DNA from: a virus
Length of the DNA stretch: 64,000 nt
Direction: 5' to 3' (one strand)
Virus record (IMG/VR): IMGVR_UViG_3300043429_000130
Span: 1-64,000 of that record
Shown: in pieces, positions 8,701-19,600 of the stretch
How the letters are laid out: every line of letters starts with the position of its first letter
How positions within the stretch are numbered: the first letter of the stretch is position 1
The notes under the pieces: generated by a model
What the model saw: the letters and a program-made list of their open reading frames with translations, nothing else
The model's database searches: none
What the model was told of the DNA's origin: nothing
Program-made: the position numbers and the translations under genes

Positions 8701-10647
8701 TAGCTCTTCACGCTTCTTATATAGTTCTTCTTTGGTATATCTTGTCTTATCAATCTTATCATAGATACCATTAAGCTTCTCTAATAGATCATCTAGCTGC
8801 GTATCTCCTGTACTTTCTGTACGAAGAGTAACAGGTAGTAAATAACTTTTATCATCTGGGATTAAGCTTGGATCAATATTACCTACTTCTAATTCCTTAA
8901 TAGTATCAATTTGACCATTCTTAATAGTGAACCTAGTTCTCATAGGAATACTACGTATCTTTCCAAACTTTTGGAAACCATACTGCAGCTGTAATATCTT
9001 ACGATAGTTCTCTAGCTGTATACGATACATAGTTTCTTTATAAGTCTTTAGGTCAGTTTGTGTCTTACCAACTTCCTGAGACTTCCAGTCATATATATCT
9101 ACAACACCATTTGGTTGTATTACTAACAAGTCAATACTACCACCAATCTTAGCTTTCTGGTCAAATACTTTAACCTCAGCCATAAACGTTGTACCTGGTT
9201 CATACTGAGCCATTACAGACTGAATGTATGTATTAAGCTTATTATAAATACCAGTAGGTAAAATAACTTCTATAGGACCTTGAGTATCACGCTTACTACC
9301 ATCATCATAAGTCCAACTGTTTACAATATTCTGAATCTGCTGATGAATTATATCACCAAATTCAGCTTTGTTTAAATCTATAAGTTTCTGTTTATCAGAT
9401 CTTTGGTCTGATCTAAATATCTTCTTAAGCCATCTATCTACATAAACAGATGTAACAGAACCTTTAGCATTCTCTCCTTTGTACTGATATATATGTCTTT
9501 TCTGTCCTGTTCTAGGATCAATGCTGTTATCAAGAGTAATATTAGTTTGATCAAGTTTTAATCCTTGAGTAGGATCAACTAACTGGTAGTATTCTTCATC
9601 TAGTTCTAGATCAGTATCTAGCATTTCTGTATTACCGTCTAGAATATTTTCAGCTGCAGTCTCAAAAGGATTATCTTCTGACTTATTAAATGCTTCTTTA
9701 ATAAAGTTCCATAGCTTATTCCACCAGTTCATCAAGAAACTAATACGTTCTTGAGTCTCGTTTCCAGCTTGCATTTGCAAAACATGCTGAGCAATCACTC
9801 TACCAATAGCTTCTTTCTTAATCTTATCAAAGTTAATACTTCCATCAGCGTTACGGTAGTCTCTTTTATTCTTATACTGCTCTACAGTGTCTGCATATAA
9901 CTTATACCCTGTAATTTTTGCAACCATCTCTTTGTACAAAGGATGACCGGGGCCTAACATTTCTACAAAAAAGTGAGCTGCTTCTTCTGGTAGTGTATCT
10001 AGTGATTCTAAACCATCTACTACCTGAACAATCTTATTAAGCATGTCTGCTTTAGCTGCAGCATCTCTAACTATATTACCCTGAGAGTCTCTGATTTCAT
10101 TTACTGACTGTACTGCTACGCCAATGTTTTCTAAGAACTTGGTTATTTTAGTTTTTAGATCTTCTGGTTGGGTAAACTCTTCTACAGTTTCAGTAGTAAC
10201 TGCTGGTTCTACTTCTTCCTTTGGCTCACGTATATCTGTAGTAAAAGGTGTATTAATAAGAAAGTCCTCATTAAGCTGCTCTATATTTGTTTCTAAAGCA
10301 TCATAAAACATTCTTACGTTACCTTCCTTATCTGTAAAAAGACCGTTACTAATTCTAGGCTCACCATTCTCATCTATTTCAGTAGATACAAATGATGCAA
10401 TACTCTCTAGAGTACCAGCATCCATACCTGGGTCTTCACGTCTAATACGCTCTAGTCTTTCCCAGTCACCAAACCAGTCTTTAAACTTAGTGGTATACAC
10501 TTGAGCCCAAAGCTTAAGAGCATCCTCTTTAGCTTCAGGTCCCATGATAGAAAGAATATCATCATAGAGTCTAGACTCTTTCCCGTTAGGAGCCAATACT
10601 CTTTCTACTTGTTTAGTCTCAGGATTACGAATTATACTACAAGCCAT
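5704..10647 (-). CDS. Large virion ejection/cargo protein with degenerate zincin and PD-(D/E)xK nuclease-like domains
   Basis: 1647 aa; FKDWFGDW..DENGEP; TLPEEAAHFF; GSIDLL..DIYDWKS..QLENY; directly downstream of the RNAP gene as in crAss-like phages. Confidence 0.75.
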   Translation of the reverse strand: MACSIIRNPETKQVERVLAPNGKESRLYDDILSIMGPEAKEDALKLWAQVYTTKFKDWFGDWERLERIRREDPGMDAGTLESIASFVSTEIDENGEPRISNGLFTDKEGNVRMFYDALETNIEQLNEDFLINTPFTTDIREPKEEVEPAVTTETVEEFTQPEDLKTKITKFLENIGVAVQSVNEIRDSQGNIVRDAAAKADMLNKIVQVVDGLESLDTLPEEAAHFFVEMLGPGHPLYKEMVAKITGYKLYADTVEQYKNKRDYRNADGSINFDKIKKEAIGRVIAQHVLQMQAGNETQERISFLMNWWNKLWNFIKEAFNKSEDNPFETAAENILDGNTEMLDTDLELDEEYYQLVDPTQGLKLDQTNITLDNSIDPRTGQKRHIYQYKGENAKGSVTSVYVDRWLKKIFRSDQRSDKQKLIDLNKAEFGDIIHQQIQNIVNSWTYDDGSKRDTQGPIEVILPTGIYNKLNTYIQSVMAQYEPGTTFMAEVKVFDQKAKIGGSIDLLVIQPNGVVDIYDWKSQEVGKTQTDLKTYKETMYRIQLENYRKILQLQYGFQKFGKIRSIPMRTRFTIKNGQIDTIKELEVGNIDPSLIPDDKSYLLPVTLRTESTGDTQLDDLLEKLNGIYDKIDKTRYTKEELYKKREELAQLRVAIRDLQLKNKMDRLIELGLLEYKKYSEMLNDKTLNGKEIQDAIKILEVFSDSGVLLYDLRQQYFDVAQNSKKKGAKAEYEEMNKKFLTMTSRVDKLIKDIEYYRREQVENLGKKNGIFNILDAEAPLNVYRGLFSALSNISQKSFRLFSKLLRVAQNNRDAKFDSTAAKMVLLKKKFLTWANGRGISADKAMEMILQIDQKGNWDGNFLKKYTSEFYDLKKKAILVGNSKWIADNMDYDKERYEAEEKRTIENFKSVNYALDEAVNEKIIEKKIKEWSLNHKVLNDNGTINVKALLNPSNNFLVPADQWLSEKWSNLQKPENKPVKDVYDFFKGLVDEAEELGMLDKKSKRFIPSLYKSKVDQLVFGDIKNVFSTKGIFENLQVDAGNTYTPEVDPTDGSVINRIPVYFTTDIGVKNEETGETDYSKKSRDLFKVFAVWSAHMYNYEAMHSIEDSSQMLLEVERNKKSLVTDNFGNVTIENGKAKAANNNDRNAKIFEEFVNFYIYDRIGGKSSDAKVKILGKEYSLLKTAQAAMRFFSLKTLALNPLSGTAQFVGGTGNALFMAQKGIYFTNRTWAKAMYTAAGSKKAWAALKYMNVLGEGNTNVMVEELSLSGTNRVLKDENFYLFMRMGDKAVQYPVAIAMMMEHMVQDGKIVNIQQFVKAKYNYNNEFYNLSSADRKALMAKIDKEVGELQEKESVYVKGVLSPEGEFTIPGIEKDSETFSDFRNKIKGVNKRIVGNQSRDDINNIRTTLLGQGLMQFRSWMPEMIEERLEGLRYDDELQNWTYGKFHSFFGDLFSKRIGKLLKAIMTGFGDNAVELAKEKYENLKREAYEKGEEFTITEGEFIDIHIGNLRSMVAELMTLSSFAAAVFSVVSGDDENRRNKGMKQYLARALKKYYNEFAFYYNPLEFTRLVQRPLPVISLAEDMFKFLGNLSEEAGGQLIGDKEWTEDAKPLKYFTKMVPVAKEIMLLTATFDEDFRKDWDIRIQPGY

Positions 10648-10652
10648 AGTTA

Positions 10653-13600
10653 TTATGCTTTACCTTTATTACATTTTACAGACTCCTCTTCTTTTTTAGA
10701 GATAGTTTCGTCCACTTCATTATTATCTTTTACTTTTCTTAAAGCTTTCTCAGCTAGAGCTTTTAACCCATTGTTCTGAGTTTTTTCTCCTTTAAGCTGT
10801 TCCATAGCTTTTATGAATTCTGGCTCTCTCATCAAGTCCTTAGCAGATTTATAACCTTCGGCTGCAGTTAAAGCTGCTTTAGTATCCATCTGCATTACGT
10901 TACTTGGTAAGATTGACTCTTGATCATCTTTATAGATCTCAAGCATACGATTACCGTTACCAACTTTAGAAATAGGAATGTATAGAATCTTTCCTTTTTT
11001 ATCTTTCTGATCAGTCTTTTCAAATAGTATTGGCTGATAAGCTTGAAGAATAGTTTTATTCTTCTTCATCTTCTTAAGCTCTTCTCTACTAATCTTAGGG
11101 TCACGCACATACTTGATCAAAAAGTCATTTAGACTAACAGAGCTATTAGGACTAATAGATAACTCACCATTTTTAACTTTTATCCATGATGGTGCTTTAG
11201 CAACTATGGATCTGTTGAACCAGTTATTTTGATGGAAGCTTCTCCAAACTTGATCAGTTGATATAACAGGGTTTAGTTTAAATCTATCTAAGATTGTTTT
11301 TACAAGTTCAGAGTATATCTCAGTACTTAATACTTTCTTATAGTCAATAAAACTAGACTGCATACCTGACTGCAATATACTAAATTTAGCTAGGTCATCA
11401 GCAAACTTTACAAGATCTTCATCAGCTGTTTTCTCACCATAGCTTCTTAGGTTATTGTAAGCTTCTATAACATTGTTTATCTCAAAAGTATCCATCTTGT
11501 TTCTAAACAACATGATGTTATCTGTTTTAGTAGCATCATCTGTCATCATAGGTATTAACTCCTTGATAATCAAGTTATCAGATATGTTTGGATCTTCAGA
11601 ATTTTTAAGCTTATATAGTTTAGCAGGGAATGAATTATTACCTGTAAACAAGTCCTTATACATATTATTAAGAGTTTCCTCTTTACCTTCTGCATTTATG
11701 TATGAAGTAGTATGTAAAAGATATGCAACTACAAAGTTTTGGTACTTGTTAATAAGATTAATAGCGTCATCCTTCATCATAAAGAACTCTGGGTTATCAA
11801 TCTTTTCATATAATGGTTGGAAAACCTCTTGGATTTCAGGAGACAATGTTATAAAGAAGTCTCTAAACAAGTTAAAGATATCTTCCTTTTGCTTTTTTAG
11901 TTCTCCTAAAAACGTATTATCAAGGATATCTTCTGGATTGTTTATGAAGTTTTCTTGTTTAGATCTTTCCCAACGACCAATCTGTAGCATGTTTTCTTGT
12001 ACAGTTTTGGTCTTATTAGTATCATAACCAATAGCTTGCATAAAGTTAGACATCAATCTAGCCTGTGCTTCATACTCAACATAGTCCATAAGAATAGCAA
12101 TCTGTAATCTAGCATCAGCATTGCTGCCATCTTTGATAGCTTTCTTAAGATCTTCAGGTTTAAATGACTCTACGCTATCTTTAATTTCATTAAGCTCAGT
12201 TAATACAATGCTATAGATTGCATCTTCAGATGCTTTTCCATTTTTCTCTGCACCAGCTAACATAGCCATTAAATCTCCACCAACTACTTTATTATAGTAT
12301 GGAGCAATAACTTTATAGAATAACTCTTTTCTAGTTAGATTCTCACCGTTGATCACTTTAAAGGAAGAACGGTTCTTAGAGATCTCTTTAAATAAGCTAT
12401 CTAATACTGGCTGGTTAAAGAAGTAAGCCACCTCTTCTACTGGTACACCATGGTGCTGTAAATAGAACCATGTATTAGCTGTATTAAGTGAGAAGTTAAG
12501 GTCAAATACAAATGGATCTTTAGCTCCATCCACAAAGCCTGATAGAGCTTGAGAGATTAAGTCACTGATATAATCACCTGCTTTATCTAGAATGTGACCT
12601 ATAGAGTATAGTCCATTCTCATCTCTGCCGTGATGATTGAGCTTAATATTTACAGTTTTAGCATCCTCACCTTTAGCGTTAAGATAGTATAAGCTCTTTG
12701 AACTATATTTATTATTTAGCTTAAGACCACTAACCTGAGACATTACATGGAATGTAGAATGTAATGCGGCAATACCAACCATTCTCTTAGCTGTTAAGTA
12801 ACGCTCACGGATACTGTTAGATCCAATAAATGTTCTTAAGTAAGTAGGAGACTTCTCATCTTCTAGTTGTTTAGTACCAGCATCTACCTTCCATCCCTTA
12901 ATATCTTCTGCAAGATCTTTAAGAGTGTCTGTAGTGTTAGGTGCAACAAGCTGTGCATAGTTTTCAGGTCTAAGAACTAACTCAGACATGATATTTATGA
13001 GCTTGTTCTGTAAACTTTCTTTAGTTCCTAAGTTATCTTTAATATAACGAATAGTCTTTTTACCCTTTACAGAAGCGTTATATCTAGTTATACTAGCTTT
13101 AATAAACGCTAAGTCTTCTTGTGTTTCTTTAGAAGCACTAATATCACTTAAGCTGCTTTTAGCTCCTTTAATAAGTTTGCCATTATCTTTATAAGTAGAT
13201 TGGTTAATCTGCTTAAATTGATCAGGCGTAATAATACTTAATACATTATCAATATATTCTTGACTAGCTCCTGCTGATAGCATATCTGCTGTCATAAAGT
13301 CTTTGAACTCTTGACTAGAGTAGTCTCTACCTAATAAATCTACATAGTAGTTACCTAAATAGATATTAAGTTTATCTATATCAAAGTCAGATCCAGCTTT
13401 ACCAACAATTTCAGAAGGTACTACAACCATATCACCATTAGCAGCTGGTGTAAATCCTTTAATGATAATACTTTCTATAGAGTTCATACCTTGAGTAGGA
13501 ATACGGAAGGCAATAGCTTTAAGCAGCTCATTGTCTAAACCGTTAATACCACCTTCAGGCATTCTATAAATACCATTTTCAAGTTTTAATCCTAACTCTT

Positions 13601-16600
13601 CTGGAGTAACTTCAGTAAATGGCCATGTTATATACATTTCAGCAGCTTGAACTTTACCATCTTTAGAATGGTAAAACTTAAGATCTGATGACTGCATACG
13701 AATAGATGCCTTTTCTTCAGGAGTTAATGCTTTTATTTCTGACTTAGTAAGTGTCTTGTAAACACCATCTTTAAGATATACATAGTTTCTTGGTGCTGAC
13801 TCATATAATGTACTAGCCGCTTGTGGAGAAGATTTACCGCTCATCTTCTGAGAGATAACTCTACTATCTACAATAGAGTTAAGAATGTTATCTATCTTAT
13901 CACGGTTAATCAACGTATCAAACTCATACTCCAAAGACTGTGTATCATTTTCATTTGTGATATAGTTGATAGCATTAATCATGTTATCAGGTAAGTCTCT
14001 GTTCTCAGCTTCTTTTCTTAAAAGACTAACCAATCTAGATATATCCTTTGTGGTATACTCAGTATCATTTTTTCTTTCAAGACCAATTTCTTTTAGTAGT
14101 TCTTCTTTACCAAGTTTCATCATCTCACGAAGAGTATCATTATACTCCTTGATAAGAAGACCTATAGCTTCATTTACAGGCTTTCCGTTTTCATAGAAGT
14201 TACTCATTACTTGTTTAGTAACCTGAGTACCTTTTACTACAAACTTCTTAGGCTTGCTAGATTGTTCTACTTGAATACCGTAGAATCTACTGTATAAACT
14301 TTGACGTGGTAAATCAGCAGCAAGTTGATAACCTTTATTTGTAGTTTGAATGTTTACATCCCCAGCTTCAGTATATACTGGAACAAAGTTTCCTTCAGCA
14401 GTAGTTACGTTACCTACTTTTTCTCCAGACTCAAATCCAATAACATCTACCTTTTCTTTCTGTGCGGCTATATAAAGCTTTTCAAACTGGCTACCTTCAA
14501 CGTGACGGTAAAACTTAGGTTGTAAAGCATGCTTTAAGAATACAGGGTGTGTAACATTATCTGTTACGGCATATCCAAAGTACTGAGGTTTTAACATCTC
14601 AAATATATATCCTGGGTTTCCTTTATCAAATGTTTCTTGAGCAGCTTGAATTTCTGCTTGTGTAGCTTTTTTATAACGAGGGTCTGTCTTTTTAATAGTC
14701 TCACCTTTAGCATTACGCATGCTACCAGAACGTACAAGAGTTTCATAAGCAATCTCATAATTCCACTGTGCTTTACGCTGAGCTGTAAACTTACCACTCA
14801 TAAATAGAATATCTCTAATTACGTCTGGTAAACCCATAGCCATAGCATCAGCTTCATTCAGATTCATGTAAGCTTTAATGACTCCAGTAAACTCTTTCTT
14901 TCTGTTTAAAATAAAACCAGTTATTTGACCCTGCTCATTAAATCTAGCACCAACTTTCTTTTCTGCTTTATCTTTAGGTATACCAGATTCAATCATCTGA
15001 TTATAAGTACTCTGTGCAATATCTTGGTAGAAAGCACTAACTACATCCATATCTTTAAATGATATGTTTTTAATAGTCTGATGTACCTCAGAAGAACGTA
15101 ACTTACCATCGTTACGTACCATGTTCATATCCATCCAGTCTATAACATCACTGTCCTCTACAAAAGCTTCTTTAGTAGAAGTAGCTCCGTTAGCACGTTT
15201 AGGTAAGTCTTTATATAAAGCTGGGTGACCATAGATCAACTTATGTTGCTCTGTCAATAAGATTTCCTCATTAAGAGCAAGAATAGCTGCTATAGTTTTT
15301 ATGTTTTCTTCAGTGTAACCACTGCGTGTTTTAGACTCAGAGTCATATCCTGCAGTGTTATAATGCAATGTTTGTTTCTCTGCAGTACCTAACATTTCAT
15401 CTAAGCTTTCATTATCAATAGCATCAGTAACATATAAGTCACTATTAAAGCTATTAGGCTTAATGAAAATATCTAAATCTTTTAAGAATGCAGCTGTATC
15501 CTCAATCTTAAAATTAATGTAAGTAGCTATCTTATCTTCAAGAGCTTCTCTATTTTGTTCTACAAAGTCTTCACGCTCTAACTCACCATTGATAACATCT
15601 TTATTAAACTTAGCAATTAAATCTGGACCAATAATATCTCTAAAGTGTCCTAAGTTAAATACGTTATCACGGTAGTATTGAATATCTACAGGAGCTATTG
15701 ATTGTATTTCAGCAGCATCTAGTTCATCTATTAGCTGATTCATGTACATGTCTATGATAGTTCTATTATCATCCTGCATCATTCTTTCAACATCTCTTCT
15801 AGAAACCATTAGCTTTCCAGGGATACCGATACCATATTCAGTACTCTTATCTGAGTTAATGTTAGAGAATACAGTGTTGTTTAATAAGAAATGAATCTTA
15901 TTAGCTACACGCTCAGGGAACTGAAGCTTAGCTGTATTATTACCATCCACTTCTGTAATACCTAAACCAGATATTACGTGGAATGTAAGCTGTGTATTAT
16001 TCTTACGTTTACCGTTAATATCAAATAAGCGTCCACCTTTCTTAAGTAGTTCAGAATTAGTTTGATAAGCATTAAACACAACCTCTCCAGTCTCTTTATC
16101 TATAGTTCCTAACCAAGGAGCAGTTTGAATAAGTTCTTCTTGAGAGTTTACAGTGTTTAAGATATTAATCATATTACTTAACAAAGATGGTTGACCAACG
16201 CTAAACTGTTGTTGACCCTCTGCATTATTATAACTTAAGATGTTATCTTCACTGTTAAACTTAGACTCAATAGCAATAAGGGTATTAATTCTACCACCTA
16301 CTACGTTTCTACCAAATAGATCAGCTATGTCTTCAATCTCTCCAGACTTCATTACATCTAAAATCTGTAATGTTTGTTCACGGATACTTTGTTCAAACTG
16401 AGCTAAATCATTAAGTGTAGCATTAAACTCAATACCTAAAGAGCTTAGTGCATTTAAAGCTGTAGCTAAATCATAACTACTTCTATTTCTAGCTGTATCC
16501 ATTAGATCAAGATAGTCATCTGACTTTCTATTGATCATCATACGTCCAGAAGAATCAATCTTAACTATCTGAGTCTGTTTGTTTTGAACAGCTATCTTAA

Positions 16601-19600
16601 GATTGTTAGCCCACTCATTACGAATTCTATCATCATTTACGTTAATAAGTGGATTAGTATTATAGATGTAACCCTCATCAGAAATAATAAGCTTTTCTGG
16701 GGTAAATCTAGCATTACTAAAGCTCTTAGTAAATGAAACTCTAAGCATCAAATCTTCTTCACTTAAAGAAGAAGCTGGTATCACCTTACCAAGATTGTTT
16801 TCATATTTAAGACGAAGCTTAAGGTTACGTAACCAACCGTAGTTTTCACGGTAGTTATTATCTTGTAGTCTATACTTTTTATCTAACTTTTGAAACATTA
16901 GATTTAAAGTGTTCTTACGAATGCCGTTCTTATCAACAATACTTACAACGTTGCTAAGCTCATTTAATAATGTAGTATGTACTCTATCTGTATTAACTAA
17001 GCGTGGTTGATTAAGATCATTCTTAACAAGTACTGTTTTACCCTTCACTACAGTAGTTTGAGGTAAAGAAGCAAGAAGTAACATAACGTTTGTAGACGTC
17101 ATTTTTCTTGGATCAATAGTAATAGCATCTCTAATACCTAAAGTATCAGTTACATCATTCTCATCTTGCTCAATTTCTGAGAAGATAACACCGTATCTGT
17201 CAAGGTTCTTTTTGAACTCTCTGTAAAAATCATCTTTATAAGCCTCAACAATAGACTTAATTTTAGGACTTACTAATGTAAGATTATTAATAACCTGTTC
17301 AGTAGCTGTATTCCATAAAGATGATAGTAAAACATTAGACTCTTTCTTATCTAGACTGCCAAGAATACTATCAATGTTATTACCTTTCTTAAATAGCTCA
17401 GTAAAGAAATAATAGTTCAGACCTTCTAAAATATCTGAAGTATCTTTTTGTGTTAAATCTGCTACTGCTTTATAAGATGGACCTGTAAGTCTATTGTCTT
17501 TTATAAACTTAGCATTCTTAAATTTACCGCTACCAATCTTCTTGAATAGTTTATTAATAGAACTATTCATCTCTGTCTTATCTTTAGTAGAAAGATTGAA
17601 CAAAGCCTGAATACCTTTCCATAAATTTTTAAAGAACCTTGCTATCTTATTACCAATAGATTGATCTAAAAGAATATAACTACGGAATTCTTCTGCAAGC
17701 ATTTCACGTACATCATACATACTAGCTTCAGAATAAGGTTTAGTTTCTCTGCTAAACTTATTATAGAATGTACCTTCACGAGATTTAAACTCAGATGCTA
17801 ATTCAAACTTCTCATCTTGAGTTAAGAAAGATGCCCATACAGCTTCAAACGCTTCATGGAAACCAGTACCTAACCCAGCATTTTCATAGATATAAAGTGC
17901 TCCTCTCATAAAGGCACCTAAACCTTTACCATGAATAAGATGACCCATCTTTTTAATAGGGAACATAGGAAGCTTTTCTTTCATGAACTTAGCTAACTTA
18001 GCAAAGTCTTCTGTAGCTTCCATCTCTCCTACATCTAAACGGAAAGGAGGTTCTTCAGAGTCAATATCAAGTTGTGCAATTAAAGCCTTGGTTAACAATG
18101 CTTTAGCTGCATTTATATTACCAGAAGGAATACCTATAACAGCTTCAGCTAGTTTAACTACTTCTTGCGTCTTAACATTCATCTGGTATACAGCAGCTGT
18201 TAGCTTACCATTCTCTGGTACAGCGTTTGCTACTGCTTCTTCTACACTAAAGAAAGGACCTTCTTGAAGAGACTCTGTTGATGTAGTTACACCAGTTAAT
18301 GGTTCTCTACCTGATAGTCTATCAGCTTGTGATTGTTCTGATACAATTACACCAGCTGTTGTTGATGTAGATTCTGCATTCTTTTGAGCAAGTCTTAAAC
18401 CTTCTAAGAAAGCTTCATCAATTACTTCTTTAGTAGTATGTGTAAAGTCACTATACTTTAATAATAACTGAGCTTTATCTGGATTTTGTTTGAATGACTC
18501 TACAACTAAATCTCTCATTAGCTGTAAGTTATCAAAGCCTTTCTTTACTGCTTTACCTCTAATCTTAGTACCATAACCACCTACTGCAACATACTTATCA
18601 TATGTGGCTTGATCAAAAGTACCTGACTTGTTAGTTTGATAAGCATGCTCTACACTACCATATTCATTTCCACTCCAAGTAAATGTACGAGGAGCTAGAT
18701 TAGAAAGTTCTCTAGTATTAGTTTCACTTTCTGGACCACTCCAATATACGTTAATTACTGGTTTAGTAGGTTGCACAACAGGAGCTGTAGGCTGTTGCCC
18801 AGTAGCTTTAGTTTCTGCAGCTTTTTGTATAGCTTGGGCAGCAAGTTGTTTTAAACCACGATTGACTCCGTATATATACCCAGTAACTTGTGTGATGCTT
18901 TTAAGAATCTCACTTCTATTTTCTTGTATTTCTTTTTGATTAACAAAAAGCTTAGATAACTTAGGCTTAAGTTTTGGACCTTCAATTTTAATTACAAATC
19001 CACCTTGTTGTACTACATAGCTAATCTTAAAACCACTAAGTTCAATCTCGTTACGAGACATATCTAAGAACTCATCAATCTTATCATCCATTAGTTCAGA
19101 AGAACCCTTTACTTTAGGTATAGGTTTCTTCTTAGCAGCTTTTTGTTCTTGAGAAACTTCTGGCTCAACTATAGATGGATCTTTCCATATAAGCTGAACT
19201 TGAGTACGTTGAGGAGTACTAGAATCATATAAAGGTAAAGAGGTATACACTGGAGGTGTAGTACCATCTTCTCTAGCAGCAAGTAAGTATTCTTCGTAAG
19301 AGTCAAAAGACTTATCACGAACTGCTTTATCTTTTACAAACTTAATAGTGTCAAAGCTATCATTGTTCTGTAACGCAACGTTATTTACGTGATGAGTAAG
19401 TCCTTTAACTAACTTGTCTCTATTCTTAAGAATACTTTCTTTATCAAAATCAATCTTAAAGCTACCTCTATGAAGTCCACTTTGAACCCAAAAGTATTTA
19501 TCAGAAGACTTTCCTTTTACAGGACGGCTCCAGTTAACAATATGCTTTAAGTAATCTTCAATTAGTTTTAATTCAGCTGCATCTTCTTTAGATAAAGCCT

